DNA of 64,000 bases from Blasia pusilla. Lineage: Eukaryota. The DNA lies in assembly GCA_050084515.1 (NCBI GenBank), contig CM114271.1, positions 20,770,001 to 20,834,000 of the forward strand, written 5' to 3'. Positions 47,001-61,200 of this stretch are shown here, piece after piece. How positions within the stretch are numbered: the first letter of the stretch is position 1; each line of letters begins with the position of its first letter. Position numbers and translations under genes: made by a program. Below the pieces are notes generated by a model. The model did not search any database. It saw nothing but the letters and a program-made list of their open reading frames with translations, and was not told the DNA's origin.

Positions 47001-50000
47001 TGCTGAGTTGAAGAAACAGTTGGGTGAACTCCTAGAGAGGGGTTACATCCGAACGAGCAAGTCACCTTATGGGGCGCCCGTCCTCTTTGTCAAGAAGAAG
47101 GATGGGAAGTTGAGACTCTGTGTTGATTATCGGGCGCTGAATAAAGTGGCGGTAAGGAATAACTATCCTCTACCGAGGATGGATGACCTCTTTGATCGAT
47201 TGTCGGGTGCCAAGTATTTCAGCGGATTGACCTGAAATCAGGATATTATCAGATTCGGATTGCCGAAGCGGATGTAGAGAAGACTGCTGTAGGACGAGAT
47301 ACGGTTCGTTCGAGTTTGTAGTAATGCCTTTCGGTCTTTGTAATGCGCCTCCGACGCGTTTACCACTTTGATGAACTCCATCTTTCACAAGGAGACGGAT
47401 GAGTTTGTGATCATCTATATAGATGACATACTCATCTATTCGAAAACACTAGAGGAGCACGCTCGACATTTGAAGACGGTGTTTGAGAAACTTAGGGCGA
47501 ACAAGCTGTATGCGAATGCGGATAAGAGTGAGTTCGGTTTGACGAAGATCAAGTTCTTGGGACATGTGGTCAGTGCGGATGGAGTGAGTCCAGACATGGA
47601 AAAGGTGAGCGCGATTGCCGAATGGGAACCGCCTTCCACGGTGAAGGGGATGCGAAGGTTCATTGAGAGTCATCGATTTTACGGACATACGTGAAGAATT
47701 TTTCGGGCATAGTGAAACCTCTCACGGATTGGACCGCAAAGTTTGCCAATACTACATGGACCGAGGAAGTGGATAAAGCGTTCAATCGAGTCAAAGAGAT
47801 CCTCTCGCAGGAACCAGTTCTGAAACTGCCGGAGTTTGAACAACCGTTCGAGGTGCACACGGATGCTAGTGATTTCGCGATTGCAGGAATGTTGGTGCAA
47901 AAAGGGAGACCTGTAGCATACGAAAGCAAGAAGCTGACCGACACCGAAAGGAGATGGCCTACTCATGAGAAAGAGTTGTTTGCGGTGGTTCATTGCTTGA
48001 GGAAGTGGCGTCACTATTTGGGACTTCACAGACTCGAGTATTCACCGATAACATATCGCTCAAGTATTTTGAGACCAGGATCGCGTGGCGCCAAAACAAC
48101 CGGTGGCATGATACCTTGGTGTTGATGAATGTGGAGCTAATCCACAAGCTGGGAAAGACAATGTCATTCCGGATCGTTAAGTCGCAGGATGAACACATGC
48201 CATCGACACAAGTGTTGAGAGCAATGTTCCCTAATGAAACAGACCTGGAAAGAAGGATTCGTGAAGGATACATGAAGGATGAGCAAGCGAGGGAGTACCT
48301 TGGGAAGTTAAAGCGGGGCGAAAAGGTGGCCAATCTGAGTTTGAGACACGGCTTGCTAAGGTTTAAGCAGAGCAGGATCTATGTAGGCCAAGGCAAGCTA
48401 CGAACCAAGGTGTTTGTGGAATGTCATGATGGACCTTTGGCGGGACACAAAGGGGAGAAATCCACTCTTGTTGTTTTGTCTAAGAGGTTCTTCTGGCCCA
48501 ACATGAAGGAAGATGTTGCTCAATATGTGAAAACATGCGTGACCGCCAAAGCGAACCAGCGTGTCTTATGCGAAGAAACAAGGTTTACTTCATCCTTTGC
48601 CAATCCCGGAGGGACCCTTGCAAAGCATTAGCATGGATTTCATTACGAGTCTTCCAGAATCTGAGGGATACAACGCTATACTTGTGATAGTTGATCGGTT
48701 TAGCAAGTTGGGGAGGTTTGTGCCGACGAGAGAGTGCGACGCCCACGCGACTTCGACTATTCCTGGATGGTTGGTGGCGTCGCACGGATTGCCTAGGAGC
48801 ATTGTGTCCGATTGGGATCTGAAGTTTACAAAGTGCCTTTTGGAAACATCTATTCAGGAGGTTCCGGACCAAACTCAGCTTTAGTACGGCCTTCCATCCT
48901 CAAACGGATGGGCAAACGGAAAAAGTAAACTCGGTCGTAAACCAATACTTACGGAATTACGTGAGTGCGGACCAAAGAGATTGGGCCAAGTGGTTAAGTA
49001 TGGCTGAGTATTGTTACAACTCGACTAAGCATTCTCGCAACCGAGAATCTCCGTTTTTCTGGCGTATCAAAGAGAACCATAAGGGCCTCTTGACTTAGCT
49101 CTTCGAAGGGCAATACATCGACACACACTCGTCAAGCAAACGGCGGAATGTTTGTTAGTGGAAATGCAGGAACAACAAGAGCGAAGCGAGAGAAAGTCTC
49201 GCCAAGGCTCAACTAAGGTACGTAAAGCATGCTAACAAAAGTTGGCGCCATGTGAGTTTCAAGTTGGGGAACAAGTGTGGTTGAGTGTTAAGAATCTCAC
49301 TCTTCCGAAAGAATTTCTCGAAATTGTCACCAAGTATCTTTGGACCGTATGTGATCAAGGCAAAGCCGTTTGAGGATGTGTACACGTTGAGCCGCTAAAC
49401 GAGTTCAAGATTCACCCGACTTTCCATGTGTCATTATTGAAGAAGTATCTTCAAGATAATGTGCGCCCGGAGCGAAGGAGGATGTTGAGACCACAACCGG
49501 TCATCGTAAATGAGGAACCGAGTTCGAGGTTGAGACTATTCTGCGTTCCAGACGTAGGGCCACCAATCTGAGTACTTGGTCAAGTGGAAAGGCTATCATG
49601 TGAAAGAGGCGACTTGGATTATGGAGGCGGATCTAGAAACATGCGCAAGAAGCATTGCGTGACTTCATATGGATGCAAGAAAGGCACGTGCGTTAGTACA
49701 TGGTGAAGCAATGGACATAACTTGTGACCGGAAAGCTTGGGCCGATAACCCATTGTAACTAGAAAGGTTTAGTTGTTGCAATAAAGAAGACATGGATTTG
49801 GAGATTCGATGCTTGTATTGTAATTTTGAGTTTGGTTTGTGCAAGGCAATGAGTAGTTCTTCATATGCTTAGGATGTAAGTCAAGGAGACCAAACAATGA
49901 GTATTTGAGGTGAGAGCTTGTATTCGAGATAAGGCATCTAGATCGGGACCAAGTGTTGAAGTACTAGCATTTGGGCTCGCCCTAACGCCGGGCGGGGGCA

Positions 50001-50387
50001 GATGAGTCTGTCTTGGGGTTTGTGGTGATCTCATTCATGTTTCATGACTGAACTTAGTGACGCGCCTAGGTGGAATACAGGTGACCCAAAAGTAGTACTG
50101 AGTTGGCTAGGTAGACAAAGGTTGTTTACAAATAGTGAGTGAAGTGTTAGGTTGCGGACTTAGTGAGCTTATTTTGATAGTTAGATTAGTTTGGCGTAAC
50201 TAGTCTAGGCTCATCGTAAAGCGAAGCTAATAAGTCTAAGTGCTGCAAGCGACAAACCTAAGACTTAAGCCAAAAAGAGGAATTGCGGGTTAGCTACCAG
50301 AACGCGATTCTGTGTTAAGGGGTCGGCTTCCCAGAACTTAACATCAATAAGGTTTGCGTTGATGAGGACATCAACCTTCTAAGGAGG
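44039..50387 (+). mobile_element. Ty3/Gypsy chromovirus, 3' LTR deleted
   Basis: 5' LTR 44039-45043 (TGTCG...CGACA); PBS TGGTATC(A)GAGC 45046-45056 (initiator Met tRNA type); zinc knuckle CYNCGEPGHMAKEC, protease LVDTGASHSF, RT YIDD, RNase H TDAS, INT, chromodomain ~49500-49690; breaks within the PPT. Confidence 0.95.
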
Positions 50388-50392
50388 CTCAT

Positions 50393-50430
50393 TTATTGGC
50401 TCATTTCCTTGCAAGGAAATGAGCCAATAA
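50393..50430. repeat. Perfect 38-bp palindrome at the deletion junction
   Basis: TTATTGGCTCATTTCCTTG|CAAGGAAATGAGCCAATAA. Confidence 0.95.
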
Positions 50431-50468
50431 TCAAAATATTGTATTACTCATGAACTTTATCATAAAAA

Positions 50469-51119
50469 CTAGGGAATGCCAAGATGACTTACATCAAGTC
50501 CACCTAGACCTGCGTGGCCAAAGTAATTTAAAGTTTGGACCTTGGCCTTTGCTCGAGCCATCTTTTCTGCCTTCATTTTGCCCTCCTCAGAAAGCCAATA
50601 ATCTACAAATCGTGCCCATGACTTCTCATCAATATGAGGGTGACACGAGATAGCGCAATGTGCCCCATGTAGTGTCCAATAGTTATTTACATTGGACCGT
50701 TCAATTTTCAAGAGTTGTGCTATTTTCTTCTTCATGAAATCGAGAGAAAGTGATGGTGCACTCACATACGTGTATGCCTCAACAATGTGATTCTGGACTG
50801 CATCCATGGTGATAGGATTCTGTTTACTAATCTCAATGCATGACAAGTCCAAGTACCTAATCGCCCATACCTTCAATTCATTCAGCCAAGGCTCATAACC
50901 TGGCACTTTAGGCGATGGAACACCATTAGGCATGAGTTTGCATCTAGGTTTTAAATTTTTCTCCTTCCTCATGGAGACATCGCGTGCCCATAAGTCACGC
51001 TTAGTGCGACTCCTTGTTCTCCTACAAGTGAAGACACCACCATTCCATTTCATGATGTCAGAATGAAGTAAGGACTTCTGAGAACTCACTATATAAGAAT
51101 CATGTTGAACTAAATACAA
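50469..51119 (-). pseudogene. CACTA ORF2 (TnpA/Ptta-like) exon
   Basis: PHIDEKSWARFVDYWLSEEGKMKAEKMARAKAKV...HAGLGG matches the Ptta/En-Spm pattern. Confidence 0.75.
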
Positions 51120-52809
51120 TCTAAAAGAAAAGTTTCCCTATTATTAATTCAGGATCTATCAAAATTTTTAACACATGGATTATGAACTTTGCATATACAT
51201 CGCAAACCTACATAATATGCACTAAGAAACTCACCACATGATTTCTGAAAACCATGCTTGAAATTCTGTTTAATCGGAATCGGACCAGCGTAATCAGTTT
51301 TGAAATGTGAAATTCAAACCAAACAATGCAGGAGCCAAACAAACACACATCTGAACTTAAAATGCAAAGCAAGAAGACTTGGTAATCTGATATTAGACAA
51401 CCAAATAGAGATTTTTCCAAAACTACAGAAGTGTAGACTAAACATTCGAGGTGCTACTTAAACATGTATGTGAGGTTATGGGAAAAAAATTTTGGCTGTA
51501 AAATCAAGAACGGAACAACTATCATCTGCATAAGGGGAAGTATTATCTCAAAACCAGAAACTTGGACCATTTTATGAGCCATTTGATCAAATATGTGGTG
51601 TACTCACACCAGGAACTAGAACCTATAAAAATTGGTCTAAATTTGATCATAGATCTTGTGTACTCAGACATGGAAGTACAACCTATAAAATCTGGTCTGA
51701 AATCTATTCTCTATGGAGCACCATACCATCCTTCTAAATCAAGACCTTTGATTGTTACTTATGTACAGTCCACTTTATCATATATTTGGTTGACGATTAA
51801 TGGAGAAACAGAAATCAGAAACACTAACTAAACAACGCAAGAGCCATTTGAACATACAAATGACATAAGAAAACAAGCATGTCATCTCCCTAAAGCCAAG
51901 AATGTAGAATGTAGACATAGAAGTGATGTGTATGTGCTAAAATTAGTGCCTATAAAATCTGGAAAACTAACTACCCAGGTATCATCACTCGATAGTCGGT
52001 AATATAGACTCTATAATCATTTGAGCATAAGTGAATGCTGAAAAGGGAGCAAAGGGAGCAACCAAACGAGACTTTTCCAAGGCCGAACGCTGGTGGCTAC
52101 TCAATCACGGATGCCTTCAACTCAAAAAGGCTAGTACCCATCAAATCTGCCCTCTTACTACCGGAATCCTATCAAATAGAGCTCGACATAATTGTGCAAT
52201 CAATAAAAATTGCATGTCCATGTTCTCTCCATTGTACACAATTACCTGTAGAAGCACCTACTTGTGGTGGCACATTCTCTGATAGGCTAGGTGTGGCGCA
52301 CGACTGGGATCTACTGCAATACAATTGGTCGTGTGGATTCCCGCTGGTCAATGGAGGCGCCAAAGGTGTTGGAGGCGACGGTTGGGATGGCCCATGTCCC
52401 TTGTATCCACAAAAAAATGCGAGTGATCATGATCACTCTAAGTTTCAATTATTTGAAAAAACATTAGAAGATGGGAAGGGTGGAACAGCAAGCTTACTTA
52501 CCCACGGGGATGGCATGGTCATGGAAGATTGAGCTCCATTCGACCATGGTGGTTGAAATTGAGTATCATATCCCATTGGTGACTGCATCATCATGGGTAC
52601 CCACCACGGCATCTGACTTTCAGCCCAAGGGGGGGCGGGTGGGAGTATGCTTGCGAAGACATTGCGCCCATTGATGGAGCTACGTCTAATGGCTGCACAA
52701 GCAAGTAGACATGTAACAGTTACAAAACAAATCTTATTACCAATTGATGAATTCAAGAGTTCGAGAAGTCATAACAACAAGTTACACATCCACTGAAGTT
52801 GAAATACCA

Positions 52810-52812
<3 letters not shown>

Positions 52813-52852
<40 letters not shown>
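52813..52852. repeat. (GA)20 microsatellite
   Basis: Direct reading. Confidence 0.97.
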
Positions 52853-52854
<2 letters not shown>

Positions 52855-54106
52855 TTTCCATGTATTTTATGACTTTACCGCCTCATTTGTAAGGGTGGAA
52901 ACCCGTACCAGTACACTTTCTGGTTTGGATAACTTAAGTGGTCACTCCTTTGCTTAGGTCTATTTGAAGTAGACATATCATTGAGTTAATACATATTACA
53001 TAACTCTGGAAATCAAAAACAACCAAAAAAAACAAGAAGATATGAAGAGAACATACTCTCCCATCCTCCAACCACAAATCGTTGTCCTCATCAACCTCCA
53101 AGAAGTCCATATCTAGAAGTGGACTATAGTGCGGGTCCTTAGGATCACTATCTGAAAAATCTCCTTGACTATTCTCTGGTGATATAATTTTTTAGTGGAC
53201 TTCTCCTCCAACCGTACACTACGCCTCTGTGGAAGAGTAGGACTCCAGAATGGCAATGGCCTTCACCACTCTTGGTTTAGCAACCCTTCAAAAAAAACTT
53301 CAAATTTAGTGAGACTTCAGCATGTACGAAACCATCACCAGCATGCTACACTTGCCAAAATAAAGTGAACGATAAAGGTTATCCAACATCACTCTTATCC
53401 TTCAACCCACCAAAGAACTCTGCCTCTTTTGCCTTTCTCTCTCTCACCCTACGATTACTCTCTTCCTCGTATGGATTAGGACATTGGTCAGCACTATCTA
53501 CACTATCCCACAATGAACTCCAATTGGAATCCACAATCACATCTGTCATATCATATGCACCGTTCCAGCGTATGCCTTCCTTTGGAGGCAACAAGTTAGC
53601 AAGAGTGACACCTAAAATGCTCTTTGTTTCAGAGTTTTACTTGCTACCAAAATATTGAGTCTTGCATGCCACAAATGTAGGAGTTAAATTTCTTTCCTCC
53701 ACATGTACTTACCTGCACACAACATAAGCACCACGCTAGCCTTGCTTGCCTACACGGAGGCAGCTCATAGAGGTTGTAACCCTGCTTATAGCTGTTACAT
53801 ACTTGCAAACATAAAGGACCATCCTCCGATGCAAAACATATGACACTCAATGTCAAGAGGGTAGTAACAAAGATATTCTCAAACCTCCCCATAACATAAG
53901 TCGAATATTTCAATTACAAAACAAGAAACTTAAGGGTGGTACCGTAGATACAACTAACAATTGTGCTACTCTGATTCTGAGTTATCAGAGTCCGAATCAC
54001 GACCATGTACCATATCGCAAACATGGATTATTGGCACATGTTGAACATCCACCCTAGCTGCTTCCATTTCTGCTTCACTCAGGACTGTAGCTCCTAAGGT
54101 GCTTAC

Positions 54107-57100
54107 TTATGGTAGGTTTCTTGGTTCCATGCATGTGGTATGGAGGGTGGGAAAAGCACTACAAGATCCATCTAATGATTCTATATCCTCAAAAAACACT
54201 CTACGAGCTCTAGCTTCCTTCCTCCTTACCACTTTCCATCCTCCACCCTCTTGAGCATCTCCATAGAACACTTGTTGCACTTGTGAAGGGAATAAAAATG
54301 GTTGGTGATCTAATGGCTCACACGATCTTAAGTTGGCCGACAAGAATCTCTCCTTGTCGGTTTTCATGGACCCTACTCTAGCATCCCAATCTGCCCTTAC
54401 CCACCGCCCTCGCATCAATATTATGGGTTGGTCTACAAGCCCATAATCAAGGAGGATAATATTGACCAAGACCCCAACATATGAGTATAAGCAATTCTGA
54501 TTGGGACTTTTCTCATCCGTAAATACAACACCTATTCCATTGTCATAAGTGTAGAATGGTATACCACCACTTGGTCCTTCGACCATGTAGTGGTTACCGT
54601 ATGCTTTCATACTCTTGTATAAAAGTGCTTTGCTATTAGGAGGGATAGATAACAATAATAAGTGAGCATCCGGGTCCTTTGAGTCGACAATTGCATCTTG
54701 GGTTATGGCAGGGCGAATCCACTTTTCAAAAGGAATGTCTCTTGAACTTGATTGATATCTCCTGTTCAAAATCAAGGCTTCTGGTATTAGTACATGGATA
54801 TTGTCGTTATTGTCAAATAACGACAAATAAATAGAAATAGACAAGCTCACTAAACATAAGCCCTATGTATCTAAACCACAACCATTGTAAGCATGTACCA
54901 TAGACAACTACCTTTGCCATTCCACCATAGCCTCCGTATTATGTAACACATAATGATGTGCTAAATTGATCATTTCTCACGAAAGTTGAATAGGAATACC
55001 CGCACCTTCTAGCTCCTCACCAACGATGCCCTCTTCCTCTCCATCATCCCACATTCGAGTCCGCACATCCTTGAACCTTTTCATATACTCCACCACAAAT
55101 CCTAATGCCTCGTCCTTCATATACCCTTCAGCCATACACCCCTCTCGCCTAGTTTTAGACCATACAATTTTTTTCATATATCCCATGTACCACTCCATTG
55201 GATACATCCACCGACATGCTACCGGCCCACAAATGTCCAACTCTTCTATGACATGAATCAACAAATGAGTCATCACATCAAAGAAAGACGGGGGGAAATG
55301 TATTTCAAGGGGACAAAGGGTAATGGCAGTCTACCCTTGGAGCTTGACAAATAAAGTAGGATCGTACACCTTTGCACACACCATTCTAAAAATGCCTGAT
55401 AGTCTAATAACAGTCATCCTTACATCTTCTTTCAAAAGACCTCGGATGCAATAAGGAAGGACTTGTTGAATGAACACATGGAAGTCATGTGATTTCAAAT
55501 TGCCCAACTTCCGATTAACCACATGCTTGCACAGTTCTCCGCAATAACCAAATGGCACTTTCAAATTATGAACCCTCGAAAGGAATGTATTCAAGTCCTA
55601 GGGAGATAGACAATAATCAGAAAGAGGTTTAACCAATACTTTGGCTCTAGTGGGGTGGGGTTGCAACCATAAATGACTTCAAATCCCACCGGCCTCCATA
55701 TCTCTTCTGACTTTCACTGTATCTTTCACCCCAAACAAGGTCTTAACCAGATTCTCGGAAATATTTTTTCTCCACGTGCATTACATCTAATGTATGATGT
55801 TTAAGCAAATTTTGAAAGGATCATGAAGGAATATGTTGCAATTCTCAATTTTAACATAATATATTGTTGCCACACTCAAATCGAACAAAGGCTATTCTCA
55901 TCTATAACGACTATTTTGTGAAACAAAGGAAGAATATACAAGATAGGATGCTAGCCAGTAAGGTAGCGAATATAGTATACTCAACCTTTTCACTCCACTC
56001 CTCTTGTAAGGATCACTAGGACCATCTTCTCAACCTCCACTCTCATCATATATCTTTTTTTATTTGCCCATACAATAATTTCTTCGGAAAGGAGTCAAGG
56101 CACATGTGGTCTAAGTTCTGCACTCCCATTGAAATGAGATCCATACCTACGAGTCCTCCACTCATGGTTCATGGCAAGATACCGACGGTGACAACCATAT
56201 ATGGGTTTGCCACAAGACTTTGAGAAATCTCAATCAACCCGAGGCCCACATATAGTGCATCCTAGTTTTCCACCGTGGCTCTGCCCAGAGATGGTTCCAT
56301 ATGTTGGGTAGTCATTTATCGTCCATAGTAAGCTAGCCTTGAACGTGAAGTTTTCCAACTTCCGCCTAATTTCCGAACATCATGAAATTGAACCCCTTTC
56401 CACATTTCCTAGAACTCTTCTACTAAAGGAAGCAAGAACATGTCTATATTTTTTCCATTTACACTCTCCTTTCCCGGTATGATGAAGCAAAGCATAACAA
56501 AGAACTTTTTTTCTGGAGCCAAGGAAGCATATTATAGTTAACAACAAGCACCGGCCATGTTGACCACAAGCTCAACTTATCTGAAAATGGATTCACACCA
56601 TCAAGCGCTAGCCCAAACCTGAAATTCCTCTTATCCTCATTAAAGTCAAGATATAAGTGGTCCATATGTCGCCATGCCTTGCAATCATTAGTATGTCTTA
56701 CTAAATTGTCCTTGCTTTGATTCAAGGGGGCCCAAGTTAACAATTCAGATAGAGTCCTACATCTAAACATACGTCTCAGCCGAGGAATGACGGGAAAATG
56801 CCGTAACACCTTATATGGTACCAGTGTTCTACCCATTTTCCTGAACCTTCGCTTCCCACATAGTGGACATATTTTTGCATCCGCCAAATCACCCCTGAAT
56901 AAAACACATCCTGTTGGACACGCATGGATGCTATTGTATCCTAAGCCCAGTTTAGTTATAAGATTTTTAGCAACATAATAACTTGGTGGGACCAAATTAC
57001 TCATGGGCAGGACCAGCTTGCAAAGGAGCTTCAAGATTTCATCGATTGCAATGTTTGGGACACTGTGAGTGGTTTGGATGTTGAAGAGTAACATCACAAA

Positions 57101-57600
57101 AGCCAATACATAAGTTTTTGCCGTAGGGAACAAGGGTTTGCATGCTTCAGCAAGCTTCTCATACTCATCTATATGCAGGGTCATTGGTTCTTCATACGAC
57201 ACATCTGGTTCTGGTAATTCATCTCCTGGGATAGACATATCACCAATTCCATACTCGTGTATATGGTCATATTTCTGAAAAAATATCATTGAGCATTCTA
57301 TGAATGTCAATTTGCTCATCTAAACCGACAATGGGAGAACTTTCCCGGCTATCCATATTGAAGGTTGGGGCTGATTGCATAAACTTATCCTCTTGACTTC
57401 TTTTTTCAGCTTGATCATGCACAAGCCACTCTTCATCTGAAGAGTCCCATCCATCTCTAGATTTTGACACCCTGCAGAGGTGCGAACATCCATTTCTTCT
57501 AAAATGGGCTTCCACCTTGGGGATGGACATCGTAGCCCCACCCTTACACTCATTGCATGGGCACCGCAATCTTTACGGCCTAATATACTAGCTCATGCGC
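54107..57600 (-). pseudogene. CACTA TnpD transposase (multi-exon, disrupted)
   Basis: RCPCNEC, IHACPTGCVLFRG, LRHFPVIPRLRRMF, FGLALDGVNPF..STWPV, LKSHDFHV, MTHLLIHV..GPV..WMYPME, QPFLFPSQVQQVFY...WKVV. Confidence 0.95.
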
Positions 57601-58211
57601 TTTCCCTCTGCCATAACTTGGAATCATGTGCATTCACTCTATCTGGGTGGTTCAAGTCCATTCTAAAGGGTATTTGAGTGGGTCCTCGCAAACTGTAAAC
57701 TGTAATATTCCAAACACATCGACAACCATCCCATATTTGCTTCAATAACCATCTCAAAAAATAATAGTTGAGATGCTATCATCAAGGAAAAATGTCTATC
57801 CATACAAAACCAACACAAGCATGATATGGCAGATATACCTAACATGGGACTTATCTCGGTTGAGATCTTAGTTGTCACTAAAGAGGCTCACTGGTGTGGT
57901 CCAACTCTCGCAAATCACGTTCCTGCAAAAAGGTAGCATCTCCATGTTTAAAATATACCTCGTTTTTCTGATAGCTATTGTTCATCCTCTGAATTGGTGT
58001 CGTTGGTCCGCTGAAATTACAGAAATAAATAAGTTTGAAGATCGGGTAAAGGATAATATAGTACATCCATATGGATTGTATAACATTTTATATTACAAGC
58101 TTTAACATATTGACGTTACATCCACTCGTGTGACAATGAATTTAATTATTTCAGAAGTTTTTTCTTGTACACCATGATAGTCTAAAATAAATTTGCTTAT
58201 CATATAAAACC

Positions 58212-61200
58212 AGTTGCGCCCCTACTCTCCTTGAACGTCAATCTTTAGTGTTGCCGAAGCGTGCGTTCAGTAGGTCACGAACTCATCGCCGATCTGCATC
58301 CAAACACGCACTCTCGTTAGTCGGGTTTGGGCCAACCGGCATTCCAACCCACCGAGTCCTCAACTCGGTGTCTCATCAAGCTCAACCTTCCTTAGTTCCT
58401 AGCTTCCAAAACATGGCAAGTCCTTCAAGACTTGGAACAGACTTCCTGGTTAGTCCAGGGATCTAAAACGGCACTTGCGCGCCTAGCGATCCCAGCTGTT
58501 CAACGGTCCTCGGGTGAGTTCCGAACCGAGACCCAAGTAATTGAGTCGCGGAGTGGAATCCAAGAGGGATGTCTAAAATCGCCTCACTGGACTTGGTGCA
58601 GGTTTTCCAACCCAACCCCCAAACTCGCGTTCCGTTCCATGCCCTTGAGCCGCCCCGTGGCGCCCAAAGTGGGGTTTGGGTTCCAAGCACTCTCGGAAAC
58701 CTTCCCTCTTACTAGTACTTCTGGGGTTCTCCAATAACCCCTCCCCTTTGGGAAAAGAGGGTCGGCCCTTCATTGTGGCCCTCAACCCGACTCCACTTAC
58801 AGTCGTTTTCGGGTTGTATCTCAGCCGCTGCTTATGCGTTTGTAGCAATCTTTGGTGCGTTAGGACTGACTCTTCATAAGCTTTCCAACGCACCTTTATT
58901 TGCTCCAAAAGCATCTTGGCGCTAAAAGTTATGGCCATAAATACAATCGGAAACTCTCAAACGCTAGTGGCGTTCCAAATCCGGATCTTTCCTTTGGCAA
59001 CCCACTTCCTAGACTCGACTTCTTTCAAGTCTCATTCCGCGTTTGGTCCAGGTTTCTCAGTCACGACCATAACACCTGAAACGCGACTCCTCGCTTGCTC
59101 GCGCCTCGCCTTGTCTCCTCTTTGAGACAACTCCAACGCAAGAAACCATCTTAGCGTGAGCCCGCTAATGTTCCGATGTTCCGCTTGGCACTTTGTTTGG
59201 TCATGAGGGTCGCGACACTCACCCCTCTTTTAGAGGTTGATGCCCTCATCGACACAAACTTTTATTATGTCAAGTCTCTTGGGCAGCCTACCCCTTGACA
59301 TTGAATTGCGTTCTGGTGGCTAACCCGCAATTCCTCTTAGTCTCTAGTTGTCGCTTTGCCCCACTTAGAATTATTAGCCTCTCCTCTTTGATAAGCCTGG
59401 ACTAGTTCCAAGGAACTAACCTATCAAATAAGCTAACTAAGTGTGCAACCTTAGACTCTTTTGACTCATAACTGTAAACATCACACTTGTTTACCTGGTC
59501 CACAAATCGTACTACTATTGGGTCGCTCTCGTATTTGACTTAGGCACGTCACTAAGTTTACTTATGTGGCCACAAGTAAGATCACCCCAAGCCCCAAGAC
59601 AGACTTTATCTGCCCCGCCGACGCTAGGGCGAGCCCGAGTGTAATCCAACACAAGGTCCTATTCTAGGTGCCTATCCACATACGAGCTCTCACCTCAAAT
59701 ACTCCTTGTGTGTCCTCTTGTCATACATTCTACGCTTATGATGAACGACTCATAGCCATGCACTACCACATACAAATTGCAATCAACACTGGTATCGAAT
59801 CTCCAAATCCATACACTCCTTTATTGCAACACTAGCATATTCTAGTTACAACGGCCTTTGGCCCAAGATTCCACTGGTTACAAGTCATGTCTCTAGCTTC
59901 TCCTTGTACTAACGTATGTGCTTCGCTTGTGTTCGCTTGAAGTCACGCAACAACTCTTGCGCGTGTTCCAAATCCGCCTCCGCAATCCAAGTCGCCTCCT
60001 TCACATGGTAGCCCTTCCATTTTACCAAGTATTCATACTTGTTGGCCTGACGCCTCGAACGTAAGATGGTCTCCACCTCAAACTCCGGCTCTTCATTTAC
60101 GATGACCGGGTGCGGTCTCACCACCTGTCTCCGCGCGTAACGTCCATTATCTTGAAGATATTTCTTCAACAATGACATATGAAAGGTCGGGTGAATCTTG
60201 AACTCGTCCGGTAGCCTCAACGTATACACATCCTCAAACGGGTTTGCCACAATCACATACGGTCCAAAGATACTTCTGGCAGTTTTTCGCAGACAACTCT
60301 TTCGGAAGAGTGAGGTTTGTTACACTCAACCACACTTGTTCTCCAACTTGGAATCGTACTTGGCGCCGACTTTTGTAAGCATGCTTAACGTACCTCATTT
60401 GAGCCTTTCGCGCGCTCTTCTCGTTCGCATCTCTACCAACAAACCTTCGCTGCCGCTTGTCGTGTTCATGCCAATGAAGTACCCTTCAAAGGGCTAGATC
60501 AAGAGGCCCTTTTCATGGCCCATCCGCCTCGTGGGTGGAAAAGATCAAACTCAGCTTGGTCTTAAACCTTCGAACAAGTGCTTCCAGTTAAAGCACCGGT
60601 AAACTTTGATCCCAATCTGAAACAATGCTCCTCGGCAAACCATGAGCACGCCACCAACTATCGAGGAATGGTTGCGCCGTCGATACGCCGTTATGGAATC
60701 CACCGTCGGCACGAATCTTGCCAACTTGCTAAACCGATCAACAATCACAAGTATAGCGTTGTATCCCTCGATTCGGAAGACTCGTGATGAAATCCATACT
60801 CACACTTTGCAAGGGTCCTTGTGGGATCGGCAAGGGATGCAAGCAAGCCCATTTCTTATCATAAGAGACTCGATTCGCTGGCGGTGTCACACAAGTCTTC
60901 ACATATTGAGCAACATCCTCTTTCATATTGAGCCAAAATCTTGTAACAGCCTAGCGAGATTTCTCTCCTTTATGTCCGCCAAGGGCCCGTCGTGACATTC
61001 CGCTAACACCTTGGTTCGCATCTCCGCCTTGCCCTACATAGATCCTACTCTATTTGAACCTTAGTAAACCGTGTTTCAAACTTATGTTGGCCACCTTCTC
61101 ACCCCGCTTCAACTTCCTCAGGTATTCCCTCGCTTGAGCATCCTTCATATATCCTTCACTTAATCCTTCTTTCCAGATCTGTTTCTTTAGGGAACATTGC

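Larger units (their letters stand above)
41230..58211 (-). mobile_element. Large CACTA element of autonomous type (decayed), interrupted by Gypsy insertions; other end not seen in the window
   Basis: Terminus CACTAGGAGAAATCCCTGGTTTTATGACT at 41230, subterminal ATGACT/AGTCAT repeats to ~41980, minus-strand TnpD and TnpA-like fragments. Confidence 0.85.
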
